Shown: positions 10,533 to 20,400 of the stretch, in pieces
Layout: each line of letters opens with the position of its first letter
Numbering within the stretch: position 1 is the first letter of the stretch
Assembly: GCA_963659875.1 (NCBI GenBank)
Contig: CAVKVA010000008.1
Location: 37,793 to 101,792, forward strand
Length of the DNA stretch: 64,000 bases
DNA from: Parolsenella sp.
Lineage (GTDB): Bacteria > Bacillota > Clostridia > Lachnospirales > Lachnospiraceae
Direction: 5' to 3'
The notes under the pieces: model-generated
Seen by the model: only the letters and a program-made list of their open reading frames with translations
Told to the model about the DNA's origin: nothing
The model's database searches: none
Made by a program: the position numbers and the translations under genes

Positions 10533-11573
10533 ATGATATTCAAAAAAATGGCAGCCTTTGGGGCTGCAGCGATGCTGTGTGTCGGTCTCATGACCGGCTG
10601 CGGCACAGCAGATACGACCGCAGCGAACGGTAGCTACAGCGCAGAAAATCCGCTGGTATTGACATTGGCCCACGGCCTGTCGGAAACCCATACCGTGCAC
10701 ATCGCCATGACCCAGTTTGCAGAGGAGGTCAATGAGAAGACGGAGGGCCGTGTGCAGGTGAAGATCTTCCCCAATGGTCAGCTGGGCAGTGAGAATGAGA
10801 ACATGGAGCAGCTGCAGGCCGGTGTTATCGCTATGACCAAGGTTTCGGCACCGGGCCTGGCCACCTATAATGAGGCGTACAATGCCTTTGGTCTGCCCTA
10901 TATCTTTAATGACACGGAAGATTTTTATCATGTGATGGATTCCCAGGAGATGCAGGATTTCTTCCTGTCCACCGGAGAAGATGGTTTTGTGACACTGACC
11001 TACTATACTTCCGGCGCCCGTTCCTTCTATACAAAGGATAAGGCGATCCGTACACCGGCAGATTTGAAGGGCTTGAAGATTCGTGTCCAGGATATGAAGA
11101 GTCAGACAGATATGATGAATTATCTGGGCGGCGTGCCGGTGGCCATGTCCTATGGTGATGTGTACACCTCTCTGCAGACCGGCATCATTGACGGAACGGA
11201 GAACAATGAGACGGCATTGACCACCGGTAAGCATGGTGAGGTTTGCAAGGTCTATTCCGTGGATCAGCATGCCATGATCCCGGATGTGCTGATCATGAGT
11301 GAGAAGGTTTGGGAACAGATCGATCCGGAGGACCAGCAGAGCATCCTGGAGGCGGCCCATGATTCCACCGATGCCCACAAAATCATGTGGGATACCGCAG
11401 TGGAAGAGGCTGTAAAGGAAGCACAGGAAACGATGGGCGTGGAGTTTGTCTATGACGTGGACAAGGAAGCCTTCCGGGAGGCAACACAGCCGATGATTGA
11501 GGCCTATGAAGCCCAGTATCCCGGTGTGAAGACGCTGATGGATACCATTGAGCAGGCCAGAGGGGAGGAATAA
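10533..11573 (+). CDS. dctP: TRAP transporter substrate-binding protein (DctP family)
   Basis: A lipoprotein-like signal (LMTGCG) is present, with DctP-like length. It is followed by small and large TRAP permease genes. Confidence 0.85.
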   Translation: MIFKKMAAFGAAAMLCVGLMTGCGTADTTAANGSYSAENPLVLTLAHGLSETHTVHIAMTQFAEEVNEKTEGRVQVKIFPNGQLGSENENMEQLQAGVIAMTKVSAPGLATYNEAYNAFGLPYIFNDTEDFYHVMDSQEMQDFFLSTGEDGFVTLTYYTSGARSFYTKDKAIRTPADLKGLKIRVQDMKSQTDMMNYLGGVPVAMSYGDVYTSLQTGIIDGTENNETALTTGKHGEVCKVYSVDQHAMIPDVLIMSEKVWEQIDPEDQQSILEAAHDSTDAHKIMWDTAVEEAVKEAQETMGVEFVYDVDKEAFREATQPMIEAYEAQYPGVKTLMDTIEQARGEE

Positions 11574-11576
11574 GCC

Positions 11577-12086
11577 ATGAAAAAAACACTTGGCAGCATT
11601 AAATTCTGGATGGATCGGATTCTGAGCATTGCTTGCGCAATCCTGCTGTCCTTTATGACCATTCTTGTTCTGATTCAGGTTTTTTCCCGTTATGTGCTGA
11701 ACAGCCCGGTGGCATTCACCGAGGAGCTGGTGCGCTACAGCCTGATCTGGACCGGCTTTATCGGCGCGGCCTATGCCTTCTCCACCCGGGAGCATATGTC
11801 ACTGACCCTGCTGCGGGATAAGTTCACCGGAAATGCCCATACAGGTCTGCTGGTTCTGATCGATGCGCTGATTCTTTTGATGGCACTCTTTGTGTTCACC
11901 ATCGGCGGTTTCAAGCTGGCGGTTTCTGCCAGTCGCGAGTTTTCTGCGCTCCTGGGCATTCCCCGGAGTCTGGTTTATGCCATCGCGCCTGTTTCCGGTG
12001 TCTTCATCGTGTTGGCGCAGATCATCAATATCTATGAAGATATTGTGGGTGAGAAAGTAGATACAAAGGAGGCTGCAGAAAAATGA
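11577..12086 (+). CDS. dctQ: TRAP transporter small permease (DctQ family)
   Basis: 169 aa with four hydrophobic segments, located between the dctP-like and dctM-like genes. Confidence 0.8.
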   Translation: MKKTLGSIKFWMDRILSIACAILLSFMTILVLIQVFSRYVLNSPVAFTEELVRYSLIWTGFIGAAYAFSTREHMSLTLLRDKFTGNAHTGLLVLIDALILLMALFVFTIGGFKLAVSASREFSALLGIPRSLVYAIAPVSGVFIVLAQIINIYEDIVGEKVDTKEAAEK

Positions 12087-13384
12087 GCATTGCATTGACA
12101 ACCGTTATTCTCTTTGCCGTATTCGGCGTACTGCTGTTCCTGGGCGTGCCCATTTCCATCGGCATTCTGGCGTCTTCCATTGTGACCGCCATGTCCACCC
12201 TGTCCTGGGACCAGATCACCTTCATCACCATGCAGAAGATGAACTCCGGCGTGGAGTCCTTCTCCCTGCTGGCGGTGCCTCTCTTTATTCTGGCGGGCAA
12301 TATCATGAACAACGGCGGTATCGCCAAGCGTCTGGTGAATTTTGCCCAGCTTTTTGTGGGTAAGATTCCGGGCTCCATGGCCCAGGCCAACATTCTGGGC
12401 AACATGCTCTTCGGTGCGCTGTCCGGTTCCTCTGTGGCGGCAGCTTCTGCCATGGGCGGCTGCATCAGCCCCATCGAAGAGGAAAATGGCTATGATCCGG
12501 CATACTCTGCCGCAGCCAACATTGCCTCCGCACCCACGGGTCTGCTGATTCCGCCGACATCCGCCTTCATTGTGTATTCTACCGTGGCGGGTGGCGTATC
12601 CATCTCGACTCTATTCATGGCCGGTTACATTCCCGGTATTTTAATGGGATTGTGCTGTATGGTGGTTGCCTTCATCGGTGCAAAGCGGGCCGGTATGAAG
12701 GCCACCGGCTTTGACAGAAGCCAGAGCATCATGAAGACCGTATGGGATGCCGTGCCGAGTCTTCTGCTGATCATCATTGTCATCGGCGGTATCGTTTCCG
12801 GTGTCTTCACTGCGACTGAGGGTGCAGGTGTTGCCGTTTTGTATTGCCTGATCCTTTCTGTTATCTATAAGAGCATTGATATGAAGACCTTTATGCGGAT
12901 TCTCTTTGATTCTGCAAAGACCAGCGGCATCATCCTTTTCCTGATTTCGGCATCGTCCGCCATGTCCTTCGTGATGGCTTACTCCGGTATTCCGGCAGCC
13001 ATTTCCAGCGGCCTTATGAGCCTGACCGGCAACAAGTACATTATCTTCCTGCTCATGAATCTGATCCTGATGGTGGTTGGTATGTTTATGGATATCACAC
13101 CTGCGATCCTGATCTTCACGCCGATCTTCCTGCCCATCGCCACCAGCTTCGGCATGACCGATATTCAGTTTGGTGTGATGTTGATCTTCAACATGTGTCT
13201 TGGTAATATTACACCGCCGGTGGGTTCCGTTCTCTTTGTGGGATGCGGTATCGGCCATGTCACCATCGAGCAGGTTGCGCCTAAGCTGGTGCCCTACTTC
13301 ATTATCCTGATCGCGGCACTGCTGGCTGTTACCTACGTCCCGGCACTGTCTCTGGGACTGCCGATGCTGATGGGACAGATTTAA
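12083..13384 (+). CDS. dctM: TRAP transporter large permease (DctM family)
   Basis: 433 aa polytopic membrane protein. Its start overlaps the dctQ stop. Confidence 0.9.
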   Translation: MSIALTTVILFAVFGVLLFLGVPISIGILASSIVTAMSTLSWDQITFITMQKMNSGVESFSLLAVPLFILAGNIMNNGGIAKRLVNFAQLFVGKIPGSMAQANILGNMLFGALSGSSVAAASAMGGCISPIEEENGYDPAYSAAANIASAPTGLLIPPTSAFIVYSTVAGGVSISTLFMAGYIPGILMGLCCMVVAFIGAKRAGMKATGFDRSQSIMKTVWDAVPSLLLIIIVIGGIVSGVFTATEGAGVAVLYCLILSVIYKSIDMKTFMRILFDSAKTSGIILFLISASSAMSFVMAYSGIPAAISSGLMSLTGNKYIIFLLMNLILMVVGMFMDITPAILIFTPIFLPIATSFGMTDIQFGVMLIFNMCLGNITPPVGSVLFVGCGIGHVTIEQVAPKLVPYFIILIAALLAVTYVPALSLGLPMLMGQI

Positions 13385-13432
13385 AGTACACGTATTCATT
13401 TTCGTTTGGGATTTTCGACAGGAGGTGCAGAA

Positions 13433-14788
13433 ATGGCATTGACATCAGGTTCTTCGGGTACCACCGATCTGACAAAGGGAAGACCCCTACCCCAGATTCT
13501 GCGCTTTGCCCTGCCGCTGGTGCTGGGTACGGTGTTCCAGCAGCTTTACAGTTTTGCGGACACAGTGATCGTCGGCCGCTGCCTGGGTAGTAATGCTTTG
13601 GGTGCGGTGGGAACGACCTATTCCCTGAATTTTCTGATTCTCGGCTTCATACAGGGCGCCTGCGTGGGCTTCGGCATTCCGGTGGCGGAGAGCTTCGGGG
13701 CCAAAGACAGGGAAGGACTTCAAAAATATCTCTTTAACGGCGCGCTGCTTTGCGTCCTGCTGAGTCTGTGCTTTACGATTCTGACCACGCTGCTGTCCGG
13801 TGTTTTGCTCTCGCTGATGCATACGCCGGCAGAGCTTTATGATGATGCGGTTCTTTATATCCGCATCATCTTTTTTGGCATTCCGGCCACGGTACTGTAT
13901 AACTATGGATCCAGCGTGCTGCGGTCCATGGGAGATTCCAAACATCCCTTTTACTTCCTGTTGGCGGCGAGTGTGCTGAACATCGCCATGGACTACATTT
14001 TAATCGTGCCCTTTGACATGGGGGTGGACGGGGCAGCCATAGCGACGGTTCTCAGCCAGCTGCTCAGCGGTGTCCTCTGTGCACTCTGGTTTTTCGGGAA
14101 AACTGCCCGGCAGGAGCAGCTGGATTTCCGGAAGGCAGGGAAGCTTCTTTCCGGGACTTGCTGCAGCCGTCTGGCCTATATCGGATTCCCCATGGGCTTT
14201 GAGTATTCGGTTTCCGCCATCGGCGCGGTGATCATGCAGGACGCCATCAACCTCCTGGGCACCACTGCGGTGGCGGCGCAGACCGCGGGAGAGAAGATCC
14301 GCCAGATGTTTACGCTGCCTATGGAAAGCGTCGGCATGGCCATGGCCACCTATGTGGGACAAAATCACGGCGCCGGAAAGCATGAACGCATCCGGCAGGG
14401 CATCAAAGACGGATGCCGGATCCAACTGGCCTATTGCGTTGTGGCCTGGCTCGTGATCTTTTTCCTGAAGCCCTATGCGGTCGGTCTGGTACTGGGAAAG
14501 GCAGATGCGGCGGTGACAGAGGAGGCGATTCAGTACCTCTCCGTCATCAGCTGTTTCTTCATTCTTCATGGCCTTCTGATGGTCTTCCGCAATACCCTGC
14601 AGGGCTATGGATACAGTGTACAGGCGGTGATTTCCGGTGTCGGTGAGCTGCTGGGCCGCAGCATCGGAAGTTTGCTGGCGATCCAGGCCGGCCTTGGCTA
14701 TCTCGGCATCTGCCTGTCCAATCCCCTGGCCTGGGGCCTGGCGCTGTTGTATTGTGTGGTGATGGTATATAGGATATCTGAAAAATAA
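13433..14788 (+). CDS. MATE family efflux transporter
   Basis: The N-terminal LTKGRPLPQILRFALPLVLGTVFQQLYSFADTVIVGR is typical of MATE/NorM proteins, and about 12 TM segments are present. ATG 13433 follows the RBS GGAGG. The track start 13406 is a non-ATG codon. Confidence 0.85.
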   Translation: MALTSGSSGTTDLTKGRPLPQILRFALPLVLGTVFQQLYSFADTVIVGRCLGSNALGAVGTTYSLNFLILGFIQGACVGFGIPVAESFGAKDREGLQKYLFNGALLCVLLSLCFTILTTLLSGVLLSLMHTPAELYDDAVLYIRIIFFGIPATVLYNYGSSVLRSMGDSKHPFYFLLAASVLNIAMDYILIVPFDMGVDGAAIATVLSQLLSGVLCALWFFGKTARQEQLDFRKAGKLLSGTCCSRLAYIGFPMGFEYSVSAIGAVIMQDAINLLGTTAVAAQTAGEKIRQMFTLPMESVGMAMATYVGQNHGAGKHERIRQGIKDGCRIQLAYCVVAWLVIFFLKPYAVGLVLGKADAAVTEEAIQYLSVISCFFILHGLLMVFRNTLQGYGYSVQAVISGVGELLGRSIGSLLAIQAGLGYLGICLSNPLAWGLALLYCVVMVYRISEK

Positions 14789-14886
14789 GGAAAAGAAGCG
14801 GTGGCGGCAGGCACAAAAGTTAGATACAATGAAAGAAATTTAACGGAGCGGGAGCATAGGGGCTGACGCGCAGAAAGGAACAAAGC

Positions 14887-15021
14887 TTGCAGATCACGGA
14901 AAGGCTGTTGAAGCCGCTGCCGGAGGTGCAGTATCTCAACACAGAGAACACGGACAGATATCGCTGCATCATGCGGATCTTTTATGAAAATACGGAGAAG
15001 CTGCACAGCTGGATGTACTAG
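14887..15021 (+). pseudogene. jetA: detached N-terminal fragment of jetA, ended by an in-frame TAG
   Basis: TTG 14887 follows the RBS AAAGGAA. The fragment encodes (M)QITERLLKPLPEVQYLNTENTDRYRCIMRIFYENTEKLHSWMY*. The same frame continues as EEVFESLRNF... into the 15094 ORF. Confidence 0.55.
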
Positions 15022-15093
15022 GAGGAGGTTTTTGAGAGCCTGCGGAATTTCCCGGAATTCCGGGAGTACCGGCTGGAGCAGTGTCAGCAGGAT

Positions 15094-16368
15094 TTGAATA
15101 TGCTGGTGAACTGGCATAACCTGGAGACCCTGCAGGATACCCGGCATGTGAGCTCCCTAGAGGAGTTTCAGAGCAAGCGCTATCGTTACCAGATGTCGCC
15201 CTACAGCGTGGAGATTGAACGCCTGGTGCTGCGCCTGGAAAATCTGCAGATCGAAGGTGGTTCCCTGGAGCCGACGCTGCTGGAACGCATTCGCAGATCC
15301 CTGGAACGCTTCCCGGAGATGGCGGATGCCACACCGGCAGAGGCCTATGATTTCTGGGACGAGCTGGAGCGAAATTTCACGCGTCTCAATCAGAACTACC
15401 ACGATTACATCCGGGATTTAAGCAGTGTCCGTGCCGAAGAGATGATGCATACCCAGGAGTTCCTGCTGTTTAAGGATAAGCTGGTGGAGTACCTTCGTAA
15501 CTTTGTCACGACACTGCAGCGCAATGTCGGCGTCATCGAGGAATTGCTGGAAAACCTCAGTCCGACGCTCTGTGATACGGTATTGGAAAAGGTCAATGCC
15601 TATGAGGCATCCATTCCCCGGATGGAGGCGGTGGATCCTGCGGCCATTGCAGAGAACAACCGCGGCAAGCTGGAGAGCATTCGCCGCTGGTTCCAGACCG
15701 CGGAGGGAGAGGACAATGAGGCAGGGAAGCTCTTTGATGCCACCAACGACATTATCCGGAGAATCACCCGCTTTGCCATGGAACTCAGTGAAAAAAGCGC
15801 CATGGGGGCGAACCGGCGGGAGGAATACCGGAAGGCGGCAGAGCTGTTTCTGGCCTGTACAGAGCTTTCCGAAGCCCATCGGCTGAGTGCCTGCATCTTT
15901 GGCGTGGAGACACCGCGGCATCTGCAGAGCGAGCGGGAGCCGGAGAGCATGAGCATGAATCTGAGCGCCTATGCATTGGAGCCGGAGCAAAAGCAGCTGA
16001 AGTCCCGCTCCCGGAAGGGAACCGAGCGCAGCAACCGCAGTGCCATTGCGGACCATACTGCGGAAAAGAAGGCCGTGCGGGAGAAGCTGCTCGCGGAACA
16101 GCAGAAGCAACAGAAAGCACTGCAGCGTCTGGAAAAGGATGGCTGCATTGAATTTGCGAAACTGCCTCGTCTGACGCCTGATCTGCGGGAGATTCTGCTT
16201 CGCTGGCTGTCCGATGCCCTGGAGGATCCGGGAAGAAGCTCCCGCACAGAGACGGGACGGGTGTTTCAGCTGGAGGCTGCCGAGGACGGAGGGCGTTGCC
16301 TGGTGCGTTGCACGGACGGCGATTTTGAGATGCCCAGGCTACGGATCGTATTTAAAGAGGAGAAATGA
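15094..16368 (+). CDS. jetA: Wadjet type II JetA (DUF2397 / TIGR02677-like), N-terminally truncated as drawn
   Basis: It is the first gene of a four-gene operon with overlapping stops and starts, ahead of JetB-like, SMC-like JetC and Toprim JetD genes. The family is assigned by operon architecture and the N-terminal YL..EN...YR.IMR.FY motif in the upstream fragment. Confidence 0.7.
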   Translation: MNMLVNWHNLETLQDTRHVSSLEEFQSKRYRYQMSPYSVEIERLVLRLENLQIEGGSLEPTLLERIRRSLERFPEMADATPAEAYDFWDELERNFTRLNQNYHDYIRDLSSVRAEEMMHTQEFLLFKDKLVEYLRNFVTTLQRNVGVIEELLENLSPTLCDTVLEKVNAYEASIPRMEAVDPAAIAENNRGKLESIRRWFQTAEGEDNEAGKLFDATNDIIRRITRFAMELSEKSAMGANRREEYRKAAELFLACTELSEAHRLSACIFGVETPRHLQSEREPESMSMNLSAYALEPEQKQLKSRSRKGTERSNRSAIADHTAEKKAVREKLLAEQQKQQKALQRLEKDGCIEFAKLPRLTPDLREILLRWLSDALEDPGRSSRTETGRVFQLEAAEDGGRCLVRCTDGDFEMPRLRIVFKEEK

Positions 16369-17480
16369 TGCAGGAAGCGCTGGAAGCCTTGCTGTCAAAG
16401 CATTGGATTTTAAAATCAGAGGATAGGGAGCTGTATTATCGGATCCGGGACAATTCCCAGGAGATCCGGAAGTTTGTGACGGAACGTTTGGGCTGCCCCA
16501 TGATCGAAAATCAGCTTCTTGTGAAGGTAGAGCGGATTCCTGCCGTACCGAAGCCCTTTATGGGCATTCAGGACTTCAAGAGTCCCCGGGAATATGCACT
16601 GTTCTGCATGCTGCTCATGTTTCTGGAAGAACATGCGGAGGACCAGTTCATCCTTTCGCAGCTGACAGAATTTATTGCCGGAAATCTGCCGGGCGGCGGT
16701 GTGGACTGGACCTCCTATCGGGAACGGAAATCCCTGGTGCGGGTACTTCAGTATGCGGAAGAACAGGGCATTTTGAAACGTACTGACGGCTCCGAGGATG
16801 GCTTTGTGGAAGCCCAGAAGGATGTGCTGTATGAAAACACCGGCGTGTCCATGTACTACATGCGGAGCTTTTCAGAGGATATCATGAACTATACCGGCAT
16901 AGAGGACTTCCTGAATTCCGGCTGGTATGAGGTGGACGAGGATAAGGGCCTGGTGCGGCGGCACCGGGTTTATCGTCGTCTTTTGTTTTCGCCGGGATTG
17001 TATCGCGCAGAAGGCGCAGAGGGCGATTACGAGTACCTGAAGAATCAAGGCGCCCGGATGCGGGAGGAGCTGAGTCGACTGCTGGACCTGCGGCTGGACA
17101 TCTCCAAGGGCGGCGGCATGCTGCTGCGCGGTGAAAACAGCAACTTAGGAGAAAGCTTCCCCGGTTCCAATACCCTCTCGGATATCCTTTTACTTTGTCT
17201 TTCCGGGATACAGCGGCGGATCCGGGACGGGATCTGGCAGCCGGATGTCCGGGACAATGTATGGCTGGAGGAGCCGGAGATGGATGCACTTCTCAGAGAG
17301 GTGCGGGAACAGAATCTGAAATATTTTTCCAAGCTGTACCGGGAACAGCCGGAGGGCGATTTTCTGCGGGAGGTGAAGGAAGAGCTGGTGTTCTGGACCT
17401 TCCTTTCCCGGGATACGGAGAGCGGAAGGCTGCGGATTGAGCCGCTGTGTGCAAAGCTGGCAGGAAGGTACAGAGAATAA
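16365..17480 (+). CDS. jetB: Wadjet type II JetB (DUF2398 / TIGR02678-like)
   Basis: 371 aa with an ATGA overlap with jetA. The position between jetA and the SMC-like ATPase supports the call, which is by context. Confidence 0.7.
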   Translation: MMQEALEALLSKHWILKSEDRELYYRIRDNSQEIRKFVTERLGCPMIENQLLVKVERIPAVPKPFMGIQDFKSPREYALFCMLLMFLEEHAEDQFILSQLTEFIAGNLPGGGVDWTSYRERKSLVRVLQYAEEQGILKRTDGSEDGFVEAQKDVLYENTGVSMYYMRSFSEDIMNYTGIEDFLNSGWYEVDEDKGLVRRHRVYRRLLFSPGLYRAEGAEGDYEYLKNQGARMREELSRLLDLRLDISKGGGMLLRGENSNLGESFPGSNTLSDILLLCLSGIQRRIRDGIWQPDVRDNVWLEEPEMDALLREVREQNLKYFSKLYREQPEGDFLREVKEELVFWTFLSRDTESGRLRIEPLCAKLAGRYRE

Positions 17481-17489
17481 GGGAGCGCT

Positions 17490-20400
17490 ATGGGACAGAA
17501 CAGATGGCATGCCAATAAACTGGGACTCATTAACTTTTGGTATTATGACGAGCAGGAATTCTGCTTTGCCAAGGGCAGACTTTTGCTGCGGGGCTCCAAT
17601 GGCTCCGGAAAATCCGTGACCATGCAGAGTGCGGTGCCGCTGCTGCTGGACGGCAACGCGAATCCGGAGCGTCTGGATCCCTTTGGCTCCCGGGACCGGA
17701 AGATGGCGGGGTATCTCCTGGAGGAGGGAGACGGTCGGGACGAGCGTACCGGCTATCTTTACATGGAATTTAAGCGGGAAAACAGCGAGGCCTATCTCAC
17801 CATCGGCATGGGCATTCGGGCTCGCCGTGGAAAGCCGCTGGACAAGTGGTATTTCGGCATTCTGGACGGCCGTCGGGTTGGCAAGGATTTTTCCCTCTAT
17901 AAGAATAGTGGGGAGAAGCTGACATTATCCCGAAAGGAACTGGAAAACCGTCTGGCAGAGGGCGGCCGGGTGTATGAGCGGCAGGCGGAGTATATCGAAT
18001 TCGTGAACCAGCAGCTCTTCGGCTTCGCCACCACAGACGCCTATCGGGAAATGCTGGATCTTCTGATTCAGCTGAGAACCCCGAAGCTTTCCCGGGACTT
18101 TAAGCCTTCGGTGATCAACGACATTCTGAGCTCGGCCCTGCAGGGACTGTCGGAAGAAGACCTGCGTCCGATGACAGAGGCCATTGAGAACATGGATTCC
18201 CTGCGTTTGCAGCTGGAGACGAAGGAAGCAGCCCGGAAAGCGGCGGAACGCATTGCCAATGTCTTCGGCCGATACAACCAGTGCATGCTCTATGAAAAGG
18301 CCGCCGCGGCTGAGCAGGCAGAGAAACGCCTGAAGGAAAACGAGAAGCAGCAGACGGCGGAGCAAACCCGACGCACGGAGGCTGCACAACGGTTGGCAGA
18401 GCTCACAGAGGAGCTTGCGAAGCTGTCCTCCCAAAAGGCAGCCATGGAGCAGGAGCGGGAGGAGCTGGGGAAGAGCGACGCCTATCAGTTGAAGCAGGAG
18501 GAGCAGCGACTCACGGAACGAATCCGGGAGCTCACGGCACAGCTTTCCGCGAAGGAAGTCCAGATCGAAAAGAAGCGGGAGAATGTCCGTACCTGCACGG
18601 CGCAGCTTCAGCGTAGCACGGAAAAACAGGCGAAAAAGCGACAGGAAATCGAGGAATGCCTGGAAAGCATGGCGGAGGAAGCGGACACCATGTCCTACCA
18701 GGCCCAGAGATTTCTGGCAGATGAGCTGCGGAAGGCGCTGGCGGAAAGCTTTGGCTTCAGTGCCTATGAGACGGAATTCCGGAAAACCCGGGAGGGCATT
18801 CAGGAAGGTCTGACGGTACAGCGTCGTCTCGCGGCCGGTGAAGAGAAGCTGCGAAGCAAGCGGGATGAGCTGGCGAAGCAGCAGGACAAGGCAGACCGAG
18901 CCGAGCGGAGTCTTCGGGAGAAGGAAGCGGCATTGACGGAGGCAGAGAGCAGCTGGAAGGAGTCGCTTTACCTTTGGCATGGACAGAATCAGGAACTCAA
19001 GCTGCCGGAGGCGCTGTTGCAGGCCCTTTGTCACTTTGCAGATGCCTATGATGGTGAAGCGGATTATCAGCAGGCCAAGCAGCCGGTGGATGTGCTGCTG
19101 CAGGATCTGCGGCTTCAGCTGAAGCAGGAGATCGAGGACCGCCGGACAGAGAACCGGAAGCTGTCGGAGGAGCGGAACGACTGTCTCGAGGAGCTTCACC
19201 AGTGGGAAAATGCACGGGAACCGGAACCGGAGCGGAGTCCGGCAGTACTGGAAAATCGTCGTAGACTCACAAAACGGGGCATTCCCTATCATGAATTTTA
19301 CAAGACGCTGGAATTTGCCGTGTCATTGGACGAGGAGAGCCGGAACCGCATCGAGGAAGCCATGCTGGAAATGGGACTATTGGATGCGCTGGTGATTGAG
19401 GAAAGCTACCGGCAGGAGGTGCTGCGGATGGATCCGGGTGCCTGCGACCGCTACATTTTCGTCCGGGAAAATGCCGGAAGGGCCGGGGGAAAGACCGCCC
19501 TGGAGACACTGGAGTTGAATGACAGTGTGAATACAGTATTCCTGAACATGGAAATGACTGAAATTCTGCGGCATATCTCCATTGAAGGCAGCGGAGAAAC
19601 CGTCATTTCTGCTGACGGCACCTGGCGGAACGGCCTTCTGGCCGGCACCATCAGCGGTGAATACCAGGCCGGTTTCATCGGCACCAAGGCGCGGGAAAGA
19701 AACCGGGCGGAGAAGATCCGGGTACTGCAGGAACGCATCGCTGCGCTGGAGCAGCAGATGGCCGTTCTGGCGGAGGAGATGGAGAATTTCCGGGGCAGAA
19801 TGACGATTCTGGAGACGGAATATGCGGCCTTCCCCAAGGAGAAGCCGCTTCGGGAGGCCCAGAGAGCCTGCGAAGAGGCAGAGAAACTGCTGTCTGTGCA
19901 GAATACGTTGAAGAAGCAGTTGGATGAGGCAGTGCATGCCTTGATTCAGTCGCTGCAGGAGGACCGGACCCAGGCTGCCAAGCTGGCGGAGAAACTTTAC
20001 CTCCACAACAGTCTGGAATGCTTCGAAGCGGCGGCAGCGGCAGCAGCGGACTATCAAAACGATCTGCATACGCTGAAGCTGACCCATGCTTCTTATCTGG
20101 ACACGGTTGCGGTTCTGGAGCAGCAGACGGCCCAGAAGGAAATGCTGGAGGAGGACCTGGATCAGCTCCGCTATGATCAGGGGCGGGTCGAGCAGGAGAA
20201 GCGGAGAGCAGAGGACCGAAGGGAATCCATCGAGAAGCAGCTGGCGCTGACCGACTATGCAGCGATCCGGGACAGATTGGAACATTGTATACAATGGCTT
20301 TCCGATTATGACCGTCAGCGTGGCAGCTGTGAAAAGGAGCGGGGCAACAAGGAAGCGGAGTGTCGCAGTGCCGAGGAAAAGCTGACTGCGCTTTCAGAAG

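Noticed and set aside
15019-15021. The TAG in jetA as programmed recoding (pyrrolysine or read-through).
   Set aside because: No pyl genes or recoding signals are in the window, and other genes here end in TAG normally. A simple nonsense mutation or a sequencing error is more parsimonious.
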